The notes under the pieces are model-generated. The model was not told where the DNA came from. It saw only the letters and a program-made list of their open reading frames with translations, and made no database searches. A program made the position numbers and the translations under genes. 64,000 bases of DNA from Psammoneis japonica (taxonomy: Eukaryota): positions 62,001-126,000 of the forward strand of contig QPGO01000049.1 in NCBI GenBank assembly GCA_008632985.1, written 5' to 3'. Of this stretch, positions 25,853 to 36,909 are shown piece by piece (position 1 is the first letter of the stretch; each line of letters begins with the position of its first letter).

Positions 25853-27040
25853 ATGGACGGCTCTTCTTCTTCTCCAGAACGTGGAAAACACTCTGCTCCA
25901 ATTGAAACGGCTCAAATGAGTGTTCTGGGTCGCGATGGTCGAGACTTGGAAGCAGCAGAGACACCGCAGCAACCTACTACTTCCTCTCGTGCAAAAAAGG
26001 TGGCAGCCATGGCGTCGTCATCCCAGTGGAGGCCTCCGACACCGACAAGAAGTAACGATAAGGAATCGTCATGGTGGGATGGTATCACAACAACGGCATC
26101 GCGGTGGAAATTAAAGAGAAAAGGCACAGCAACTGCTGCTCATGAAGCTCTCGAGGCGGCGTATTCGTCCTTTGAAGACAATGACTCATTAGCAAGCAGT
26201 ACGCCTACAAAACAACAGCAACAACAACAACAAGACCGTTTTGTGGGTGAGCGCCGCCATAGTAGACAAAAGTACAGTCGTGTCAAGCACCATAGCAGTA
26301 GCAACACGGCAGCAACCTTGTCGTTGCTGCAACCACAGCTAGAAGAAGGAGTCGCGGTGAATCATGCTTCTGATAATACTGCTCCAATGACACGAGAAGA
26401 CAAGTTACGACAAGACTGTTCTTTTTTCTACAGAGACATGGACGATGAAATGCCATCCCGTAATAGTAACAGAAGAAGCAAACGCCGCTCTACTACTATT
26501 ACGAGCTTGATGAACCAGGATCGGCAGGCGTTTACCGCTCGCTACGATCAATTGAATGCCAAACACGTCGTGGATAGCGATGATGATTTGGAGCTTTACT
26601 TGGATGAAGAGCTCGATCCAAACGCGATATTGTTGGATGAACCGGCTTCGCCACAATTTCCTCGTGTCGCGGACTTTTCCAATTCATCTCTCTTTTACAA
26701 GCAAGACGGCAAAATCCTCATGCGTCTTCCCCAAGACAATATCAAACTCGTCATGGACCCGCACTTGGAGGCTGGAATCTTGTCCATGGAATCCAGTCCC
26801 TACACAACAAGTGAACCGTGGAAACATCAGGATTTAACCTATTGCCTCACCGTCGATGAGGACTTGTATAGACGGGTCGTGAAGGAAATGGCCGACTCGT
26901 ACAAGACACCATGTGGGTTGTATTATTGTTGTCAAGAGGCAGAGTCGTCCGGACATGTTCATATATGGGTGGCGGTTCTGATTTTATTTTGTTTCATGGT
27001 GTTTTTGTTGGTGAATACAATCATCTTTCCTTTGGATTGA
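25853..27040 (+). CDS. Hypothetical protein, disordered N-terminus and C-terminal TM helix
   Basis: 395-aa ATG ORF with poly-Gln and a hydrophobic C-terminus (IWVAVLILFCFMVFLLV). Confidence 0.65.
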   Translation: MDGSSSSPERGKHSAPIETAQMSVLGRDGRDLEAAETPQQPTTSSRAKKVAAMASSSQWRPPTPTRSNDKESSWWDGITTTASRWKLKRKGTATAAHEALEAAYSSFEDNDSLASSTPTKQQQQQQQDRFVGERRHSRQKYSRVKHHSSSNTAATLSLLQPQLEEGVAVNHASDNTAPMTREDKLRQDCSFFYRDMDDEMPSRNSNRRSKRRSTTITSLMNQDRQAFTARYDQLNAKHVVDSDDDLELYLDEELDPNAILLDEPASPQFPRVADFSNSSLFYKQDGKILMRLPQDNIKLVMDPHLEAGILSMESSPYTTSEPWKHQDLTYCLTVDEDLYRRVVKEMADSYKTPCGLYYCCQEAESSGHVHIWVAVLILFCFMVFLLVNTIIFPLD

Positions 27041-27414
27041 GCTGCCGATCTCTTGAATGACATCCATCGGATGCATCATTTTTCTGAGGCGCTGCTAGAC
27101 TACTGACATTAAAAAAAAATTAGTGTCATAAGTCAAGCATATGGATGTTACAACGCATTATTCTTGATCATTTATGGAACACGCGTTATTAGTTGAAGCG
27201 GCATAAGTTGCTTGGAGCCGAAAAGTGAGGGTGGAGAGTAGCCCTCTCTGCCGGTAGAGTAGTAGGCCCTAGTGTGGGATCAACATGAACGGAATCCGTC
27301 ACTCTCCGAAACGTTGACAGACGACTTCGGTGTGTTTGAATCGATCGATCGACTCGGGATTCCAAGACTGAAAAAACTGAAAACTGCGGATTTTTTTTTC
27401 GATGTTGACACACC

Positions 27415-28263
27415 ATGAACGATTCGGATTCAAGTCCAACGACTCAAAGCATGCTTCTACTCCAAGAATGGGCAATCATTGAGATTGGATTGTTTCTGCC
27501 CCCCGTTGAAGGTCCCAGCACAATGGCTCTGGTGTGCCGTGACTGGCGACGGGTCGTTTCCAACAAAAATGGCTGGTCCACCTGTTTTCAGGAGTTTGGC
27601 TGCGATCCAGTTCTTCCGCCGGGTCTCACGTGGAAAGAGTGGGTGGGCTTTTTGGAAGAATTCGTAAAGAAAGGCATGGAGGAAAAACGACGACGGACGG
27701 ATGACGATGATGAAGAGGAGTTTTCTTCTATTTCTTCTACTCCTTCTATTCACAGTGGTTCCATTGTTCTTCCACAAGATTTTCACTTTCGGTTCGCTTC
27801 CAAGTACGCTTCTTTACGGACAAAGTTTGAGCACCTGATTGCCAAGCGTCGACACAAGCTCACTCTGGAACTCGTAGAGTTGCGCTCTTCCCGAGTAAAC
27901 GACGCGATGATGATGGATCACATCATGAACCTCCGAGCGCTCGCGTCGGAGCAACGAGATTTGGAGGTAACGTACTGGTGTTATGAACATCAGCAACGAG
28001 CCGAAAAACAGTTGCAACAAGAATACAACTATCGCAAATCAGCCACAGCGCAGGCGCGCAAAATTCTGACAAAACTTTTAGACGAGCTCACCCATGCCAA
28101 AAGGAATCGTCCAGGCGAGGCAGTGTACCTTGCCGAAAAAGCAGACGGTATCATGTTGACGTTGCTTCCTGATGCAGACCTTCTTGGACCGGACAAGGGG
28201 CGGTGTGTTGATCTTAGGCCGCAATGCAAGCGACTCGTAAAGGAGTTGCGTTGCATGCCTTAG
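27415..28263 (+). CDS. F-box-like protein with coiled-coil C-terminus
   Basis: LLQEWAIIEIGLFL...MALVCRDWRRV is an F-box-like signature; 282 aa. Confidence 0.6.
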   Translation: MNDSDSSPTTQSMLLLQEWAIIEIGLFLPPVEGPSTMALVCRDWRRVVSNKNGWSTCFQEFGCDPVLPPGLTWKEWVGFLEEFVKKGMEEKRRRTDDDDEEEFSSISSTPSIHSGSIVLPQDFHFRFASKYASLRTKFEHLIAKRRHKLTLELVELRSSRVNDAMMMDHIMNLRALASEQRDLEVTYWCYEHQQRAEKQLQQEYNYRKSATAQARKILTKLLDELTHAKRNRPGEAVYLAEKADGIMLTLLPDADLLGPDKGRCVDLRPQCKRLVKELRCMP

Positions 28264-28881
28264 CAAAGGTTGCATACTCGGCATTTGTCGAGAGAACGGC
28301 GGTAGCATGTGAACAAACTATATATTTTTATGGAGAAACAAATACTGCGAAACGAGAAAGGTCGCATGCATTGTGGGGACCGGATCTCGCGCTCAGGCAG
28401 GGAACACGCAAACAATGAAAGAGTAGCCCCGATCAAAGCGTAGACGGACGCAAATTAGTATCTATAATTCTAATCCCCCAAACTTCTGAACGGGGCTCTA
28501 ACTGCCGCGATACTCATTCTGCAGCTATGTACTTGAGCAGATCTACTGTAGAGTCGCTCCTGCCTGCATTTTCGCCTCATTTTGTTTGCTCAAGTCTAGA
28601 ACAGCTAGAGCGGCTGCACACTCTATTTAGAGAGAGTGTGATTCTCTAGAAATGGCAAAAGCCTAGCATATGAACGTTGTAAAACATTCTTGATTGTTAA
28701 TGGCACACGTGTTATTACTTCCATACCGTAGGGCCTCTAGAGAGCCACAGCCGGCCCCAGAGTCTCGCGTGCGCACAGTGCAGAGACTTTCTGAGTCCGC
28801 AGTCACGAGTTCAGTTTAACTTTTCAAACCTTTGCACCCATGCGACCGCACCTCTTCTCCCACTCTTCGACAGTTTCGGGG

Positions 28882-29533
28882 TCAAGTTGCTTCATCTTCT
28901 GAATCTTTCAACTTCCCTGGCTGATGCCCGTTCATTCTGGTCTTGTCAATGGCATCGAAAACCATGGCTTCTTTCAATGCCATGTCGACAGGATCCGTGC
29001 TGTGGCAAATTTCGTGATTTGCTGGCGGGAGCTTTCCCGCCATGACTCTATCTGCGGCATCATGATCGGTCACATCTTCGAAGGGCCAAGCTTTGTAAGG
29101 AGCATGTAGAAAACATTGCTGTAAAACGGAGTGGAAAAAGACACAAGGGAGCCTGGCGGAAATGCTCAAGTGACTCCTTATGCAGTCGCTGTGCGCCGTG
29201 TGCCTGGCCCAGTTCCGCGTAAAGGTCGTCTTGCGTCAAGGGATCGTTGCTTTCAGGCAGCTTTTTCAGGCCCCGTTCCAACAGTTGTTTGGCCTGGTCG
29301 AACTCGTCGCGGCCGCGGGAGAGCCGCGCCATCACGAGCCGCCAGCGGAGATGGCTTTGAGCATCCTCAGGGTCCAGTTCGGGTTGAGCATCCTTAGGTG
29401 TGGATCTCGCGGCATCAGCTTCACAAGAGGATCGAGTGTGAACCTTTCGAGGTTGGAATTGAGAAAGCTGCTCTGACTCACAGCGAATCACGCGAATAGA
29501 AAAAAGTGCTAGACGTCGTTCAACTAAGCTCAC
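28882..29533 (-). pseudogene. Gene fragments: TPR-like piece fused to the C-terminal remnant of the DFN kinase family
   Basis: FDQAKQLLERGL...LYAELGQAHGAQRLHKESLEHF is TPR-like. WPFED...GKLPP...STDPVDMALKEAM resembles GDVPKLP...STDGVSVALRTAM of the 22788 kinase. Confidence 0.45.
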
Positions 29534-29698
29534 AATCTTTAGAAATCTAAAAAAACAACAGTTGGACGATGATCCTCGTGCCTTCTTTGTTCCATTCTGT
29601 CTCGCTTCTCATCGGAATAGTTTTTAATGGTAATTTTTGCTGTGTTTTCAACCTGCATTAGTCGTCATTTACTTTCTTCTAATGTGTTAAGGTTTTAT

Positions 29699-32600
29699 CT
29701 AGGCACGACGTCCCCGCAACCTCCCCTCATATTCAAAGATGTTGTCGCCCAGTGCGGGCGCGGGCGCAGTAACGTTGAAGAGGTCTGCCGCTGTAAAAAG
29801 ATTGAAACCAGCATCGAGCGTCCTCCCTCGATTGGGAAGACACTCGTCCAATCCAGCAGTCGTCGTGACACCCAAATGCTCAATAACACCGTTCCAGACT
29901 GCATCCCACGAAAGTGTTGGAATGATGCGACCACGACCAATATTGAGTGATCCATTTGGAGTAATGTCGTCGGGATACTTTCCGTGGATCAATCCACCCT
30001 TGACGGAACCTCCCATAATCGGGTAGTGACCGCCCCAAGCGTGGTCGGAGCCAACACCACTGTTGGGCGTGATTGTGCGGGCGAAGTCCGACACGACAAC
30101 AATGGTGACATCATCCCAGAGATTCGCCAATTGGAGTTGCCTCACAAACATATCGAGGCCGTGGTTAAGAGCTTGGAATTTGGGGCGGATGTTGTCCTTC
30201 ATTTTGTAGTGATGGTCCCACCCCCCGAACGATGCATAAAATATGTCCAGATCACTGCCACGGTCCGTACGGGATTCGATCAGCTTGTACAGTGTGCTAA
30301 ACTTCCACCAAAGCTCACTTCCACCAACCGTATTCTGGTTTCCGTTATTGTACCAAATATCGGTTGATAAATCGACATTTGCCAGGTACTGCTGTAGATT
30401 TTGAGTATCTTGAATGCCAGTCATGAAACCGTTTGACCACGTCTCTCCGTAAATGTTGCTCTGAGTCGTTGTCTTTTTGTTCACCCTTTCGATGTACTCA
30501 GTTAGATTCAAGTAGCTCTGATCATTTGAACCAGGGTTAAAAGATCTTGCTCCGTAGCGACTGACGATTAGGGGCGCGGGGGCCACACCGGGGATTCCGT
30601 CGACGGCAATGGATGGATTATCGATCGTCAATGTGTTGACATTGCGATCAGCGCTCAAGACACCAGCCGCCCGACCAAGAACGCCAGTGCCTGGTGCAGA
30701 GTCATACGGGTCGACCTTCTTTCCTTCTCTTTGCATCGCATCGTGCGCGAACAGTTGAGTTTCCGTCTTGTCCCTGTAGTTTTGTTTATTCATTCCGTTT
30801 TCGTTGATGACACCGGTATTTGCAAAAAAAGAGAGAGTCTTATTCTTGTACAGCTGGTGAAAAAGCGAGAGCTCATCATGGAGAGCAAAGGTTGTGCAAG
30901 GCTGATCCTCTGCAGTGATTATGAGGCTTCTTTCGTCGTCTTCAAATGCCATCGCCCCCCGTTCCTGGTCGTACTGCTCTCTCACCGTCTGCCCTGCCGT
31001 ATTTGGCACGTTACACTCGTGCGGCACAAGCATATTATACGAATCGTAGCCTCCTGGAAGCATTAGGTACACAACTGCCTTATAAGACTCACTCGATGAA
31101 ACCGGCGGCTCGGGTGTGCCCCGCGCTTCTGCAGTCTGCTTCGCAAGGCCATTCGTGTGGAACTCAGGCGTTGAAGTTATGACTTGTTCCGCGTTGATGA
31201 AGGCTTCAATGGTGGATTTGCCGAAGTCGACCGTTTCCTGGTAAGCCTCCTCAGCAGCCACACGGCTCTCATTACTAAGCCTTCCACTAGTGAGGAGAGT
31301 GGCCAACTCATTTATATTGTCCCTAACAGACATTGTTTCATCCGGGACGAGAGTTGCGTTTCCTTCGGCGCGATCGTTGTTTCCGATATCAGAGTCTCGG
31401 CAATTGCCACCTCCAAAGCCGAACCCCTCTTTGCATCGATCCAAGCCATATCTTAGAAAAGAAAGGATGGCGTTCATAAGATTGATCGAATTTGGGCCTG
31501 TCAGCACTTGAGTTTCAGGGGCAGTGAGCCCTGCTTCTTGAACACGGCCTGCTGGCTGAAAACCCGGCTCGAAGTATGAAAAGACACTTGGAATCCGATG
31601 AGGCTGCTGCCCAATGCTGTCTTGAAGATTAGTATGGATGTAGACAAACGGGTTTAGCTGGGCGGACTCAAACTCGAGGGATCTCATGATGCGAACAATC
31701 TTCAAAAATGGCTCCTGGAGAGAGCCATGCATAGGGTCTGCATCCAAAACAACGTTACGAGCTTCTCTATCTAGAACAACCGATGCGAAAGTAGCAGCGA
31801 GATCGCCGTATTCATTTGTTCCAAACGAATAAGAATCAGATTCGTAACGACCCGTCCTGAAAGCCGTGGCTATGCGCGAGACAAATCCGGGGGAAGGGTT
31901 TGAAATTCCGAAACGCTTGGCGAAACGTATCGCCAAAAACGGAGGAGTGTTGGGGTGGTGAAAATAATGGTCAAGCACCGCTTCAGTCTCGTAAATGGCA
32001 TCGCGACTCTCTGGGTCCGACACTGAGATGAAATGAACTGGATTACGGAAAGACAAAGCTCCATTACCTACGGAGACGTCGGACTTCACGTTCTTTCGGT
32101 AGTGCTTGATTCCGTTCCGATCCACAATTTCAAAAACAGTGTCCTCTGGAGTTGCTCCAGTGTATTTAATTACGCCTTCCTTGACTTGGACGCCCGCGAT
32201 GGTTGGCTGGAGAGCCCCGATAGTTAGACGCGACAACAACTCCTCAATTGGGGTATTAACGACTAACTCGTCATTTGAGAAAGCCTCCATGTCAGTCACG
32301 CTTGCAACTTCGCACATGCAAATACCATCGAGCGCATTAATCGCGCAGCCCATGGTGGACTGACACGTCTGCGGGTCGTCGTAGTTTTGCAGCAGTGTGT
32401 TCAAGACGGTTTCGTCTCGCCACTCGACACGGAAGAACATTTTGGTGTCCTTTTGAACCATGCTTTCAACACTGGTGTCCTCGATCCCCACCGGATCATG
32501 AACAATAGCAACTTTACCTTCTCTGTCAATCTTGGCTTGAAGTCTGCAGTTCGTTGCGGACCAGTACTCCACTCCATCATTGTCGCAACCACCGATATTG

Positions 32601-35600
32601 GGGTTTCCGCACTCCGCGTTATCTAAAGAAGGGAGGGCGCATAACTTTCCTTGGCAGCGGTCACTTGCTTTGCTGAAGGTTACACGTTCCCCAGAGAAAA
32701 CTTCGACGTTTTCACGAGAGGACCATGCATCATTCGCACTGTCGCAGCACGTTGTCGACGCGCTCTCCATTCTTGGATCGCCGCACATGTGCCTACCGTT
32801 ACTAGTGCTTCTCCTGCTAATCAATTTTGCATCGCTGTAAAATGCCTGATGGACACACGGTGGTCGAATGTACTCGTAGAACATTCCACCTGAAGCCTCG
32901 AAAGTTCGTGGCGCATCAATACTGCACTCGAGGCCATCGCAGACAAGATCTTGATCAAGCACAACCTTAGTGGGGAAGGTACACTGCGCTTTTTTTCCAT
33001 TTCCGACCTTTGCACATAACGCCTTGGCGAGCGGAGAGTCTGCAGATAGACTTAATCTCTTTGCGGCACTGCCCGACCACGTGCTGGGGTCCTCGTGACG
33101 CTCCGGATTCGAGTCGGCGCCCCAAAGCAGGAAAGTTGCACCAGTCTTCAGGAAATGTTGGTCAGGAAGATCCGAGCACAACGGGTATCCTTCGCCAACA
33201 TACTTCTGGTCAACTCCCATCTTAAAGAAAACAAGCATAAATTGAGTGTACAGCTAAGGATTTCTTTTTCATCAATTCTCCCGTCGTTCATTCATACCTT
33301 TGGAAGATGGTCTCGATAATCTATCCGGATGTTCATTGGATCGACCTGGTTATCGTTTTGGCTGTTCGAACCCGATGTTCTTTTCTCAAGGTTTCCTCTC
33401 ATAGCGTTTCTTTCAAATCCGGTCCAGGCCCTCGCATATTCTGTGATCTCGTCGTTCGTGTAGCTGCGGATGGCAACGCCATTTTCTGTCTTGCGCGTTC
33501 CGTCATCGTTGAGCTTGTACAGTCCAATACTGAATAGTTGCATTATCTCCCTCGCAAAGTTCTCGTCGGGGTACTCCAATTTCTTCGATTGGGTCCACTT
33601 GTACCCCGTAGACTGGCTGTTGCGATAAGTCAACATTTCTCCCATCATCGGCGAATAGGAGACTTCCCGCAAAACAGTCCGATAATTGTTGAAGGCGTTG
33701 CGGGAAAAAATATCATAATCTATGATAACCAAAGGGAAAGAAGAAAATGTGAGATACCGCCCTCGTACCAATCGCAAGCTCTCTCGGTGCAGGCACTTAC
33801 AAGTTACGAAATGTTCTGTTTTATCCTCATACTCGATAGCATCGGGCGAAACTGCGAGAAGTTGGTATCTGAAGGAAAAAGAAAAACAAGTTCGAGTGAG
33901 GAGAAGGTGACATCAAGTACTGGCTCGACACAAACCACTCTTCAATCACTTACAGAGCCCAGGCAGCCCGACCTCTGAATTGATCAGGAGCTGAAAGAGC
34001 CAGTTCCATCCACGTAGTTACTCTCTGGCTCCTGAAATCGCTGGTACTAGTTGTCCTGTTTTTCCAAGTAGACATGTCGAAGCCACCGCGACGAATGTGG
34101 CCAAAACGAGTAAGATCATTGGCCGTCTCATACGGACTGCCACACACTGTCACCGCACCACCTTCCGCAACGACACCAGACATACCAAAAGCATTGGCAT
34201 AGTCCAGAATCACCTCCGTTGGTAGTTTTTGCAGGAACACAGAGTCTCCCAAACGACCCAGATTGGGGAAATTGTATTCTTCCTTTTTACGCTTCCACCT
34301 TCCCATGTCATGCCATTCAGGAAACAACAACGTATACGTTCCGTTTTCTGCAAATTCTTTAATGGGATTGCGTTCGTCACTGTTCCCTGGATGAGTGTCA
34401 AGGTATGTCCACTCGGTGAAGTCAAACACCTGCAAGTTGTCTGCATGTGTGTGCATCCAGCATTGGTCATTCGCCTGGACCTTAAAGCCAAGCCTGCCTT
34501 CATCGACGCCCGCACATTGGGAGGAAGATGGAAAGATAATATCCCGCACATCCTGATTCGAGTCGTCTACTCCGATAATGAGCTCGGCAATAGCGTCATT
34601 AGTGGCAGCTTGGACTTCCGTAGTACAGGGATTATCCGGGATACGTCTCCATCTCGTGCGTGCTCCGGTTGTACAGGGTTTTTCGTCTTGTTTGGTCAGC
34701 CGAAGATTGTCCACAGAGTAAACATAGAGAGTTTCGTCTCCGCCTAATCCACCGGACCCGTCATAGAGTTCTTTGAAGGTGTTGACATTCAGCACAAACT
34801 CTTTGTCTCCGACATCCTTCTGCACGCATGCGTCGTAGCTTATGGCACAAGTGTCTTCGTTTAGGAACGTGCGGGGTGCATTGGAACAGATCGTACGATA
34901 TTGACTATTGGGGGCATCTTTTGTAAGCTCGACTGCTAACTTGCCCCCATCCGCTCGAGGTGTGCTCACTTCGTTGCCAATGAGGTTGAACGAGGGCGAA
35001 TGAAGCCAGTAGAGACCATCAGCACTAGTGAAACCGACGGCTGCAATTTCAGGAGACTCTGACCATGACGGAAGCGATTTGCACTTGGAGTCTGTGACCG
35101 GCGAATTGATGTAGACCTCTTGTGTCTGTCCGTCGTAGAAGTCGGATCCAAACTCAGTAGTGTGCCCCTCAATGTCGATGACAGGAAAGGAGGGAGAGTG
35201 CACTTGATTAAAAAGAACTTGCGGATTTCCTTTAACACCACCAAAGTACATGTAACTTGCGCATGAACCATCTCGAAGAAAACGAATGCGTCCTCCGATT
35301 CCATCCACGGGACGCCTGCAAATTTCGTAACTGTGCAAAAACGAAAAGTTATTAGACCGGACTCATTCTAAAATGCCGCAAATTTCACACACTTGCTCAG
35401 TTACTTACAAACCATCATCAAATGGCAGGGCCGAGGTATCTGGGTTACTGGAGCCACCTTGTTGAATTAAACCACTAACAATTGTTCGCCGCTGTCCTCC
35501 AACAGAGAGGATCTTGTCGTTTCCTACCGTCTCGATTTGAACCATTCGGTTGTCATCCTTTTCTGAAAACGCGTACCTTCGATAACGAGTGCCCTCGTCG

Positions 35601-36208
35601 CATGGCCCGGTGACTAAACTTGGAATCAGAGTTGACTCGTGATGGTGAACAACTTGTTCACGAAAGAACTGGCGGTGCGATGACACGGGCAAGCCTTGTT
35701 GGTTTTTAACCCAGGCGGCGAAATTGCTGCCGGTTCCAGCAATTTCAGATCTAGTTGGGCCAAAAGTCACCTGCTCAAGGAAGCGAGCAGTCTTATCCTT
35801 TTGAGATAGACTATGTTCGTAGGAGGCAAAGCTGTATTTATAACCAGAAGTGAGGTTTGGAAGTTCGACAAGACACGATGACCCCGCAGTACAGTCGTAG
35901 GATAGAGATGCATACTCTCCGGGAGCGCTTTCCCAGCCGTAGTTATCGTAGCTACGTCCAACAGGCTTGATTCCATTGGTTGGAGAAACCTCGACGAGAG
36001 TACATAGCCTTCCTGCACTAGATACACCAAGCTCAACTACACCTCCAGCAAATCCAGTGTCGACAAGACCGTCAGTAGGATCTGGACACTGAATGCCAGA
36101 GGGAGTACCTGTTGGAGGGGGGGTCGGAGGAGGATTTTTCTGCGGCTTGCCAGCCTCAACAGACGCAAGGCCTGCACAACAAAACACAACAGCTTTTGCT
36201 GCCTTCAT
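29699..36208 (-). CDS. Large secreted DUF1800 + DUF1501 domain protein, multi-exon
   Basis: Signal peptide MKAAKAVVFCCAGLASVEA; ARFLEQVTFGPT, PDENFAREIMQLFSIGL, HPNTPPF (DUF1800); GGYDSYN, GGWDHH, SDFARTITPN...GSDHAWGG (DUF1501); exons in ORFs 35405-36265, 33950-35338, 33292-33777 and 29699-33238. Confidence 0.85.
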
Positions 36209-36266
36209 GGTAGTAGCCAAAGTGTGGGAATTGTGAGAGGGTGGTGGCAATCTTTCGGCTTTCACC

Positions 36267-36880
36267 GGTCATATGACTGATGGCATAAGATTTATGCCGG
36301 ACGTAAGAGAGACATCGGTTTGGAGCAATTTTAGACAAATTTATTTGGAGGTTGAAATTTTTACGATCGAGGTACGGTAGTGATTTTCTATGCAATAAAT
36401 TTCACTACTGTGGAATACATTTCAATAAGCGGACGCTTGAAGATATGACAAGATGCTGTACTGTACCATCGGAATATTATATATGCAAAGACTCGAGCAT
36501 GTTTTGCCGTTGTAACGGTCATATGACGATAGTTTAGGATTTATGCCGGACGTAAGAGAGACATCGGTTTGAGCAATTTAGACAAGATTGAGGTTGAAAT
36601 TTTTTCGATTGGCATCTTGACAAGGTGCTGTACTGTACCATCATAATATTATAGCCCTATGCAAAGACTCGAGCATGTTTTGCCGTTGTAACTGACATAT
36701 GACTGATGGTTTAGGATTTATGCCGGACGTAAGAGAGACATCGGTTTGGAGCAATTTAGACAAGATTGAGGTTGAAATTTTTTCGACTGGCGATCTTGTG
36801 ATTTTCTATACAACAAATTTCACTACTGAAGAATGCATTTCAATAAGCGGACGCTTGAGAAGATGCTGTGCCATCATAAT
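36267..36880. repeat. Three imperfect tandem copies (about 180-250 bp) upstream of the DUF1501 gene
   Basis: CATATGAC..GATTTATGCCGGACGTAAGAGAGACATCGGTTTG recurs at ~36270, ~36520 and ~36697. Confidence 0.85.
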
Positions 36881-36909
36881 GGCCCCATTTTTATGCAATT
36901 TAATGACCC

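Noticed and set aside
36267..36880. CRISPR-like array
   Set aside because: Long imperfect tandem duplications without unique spacers.
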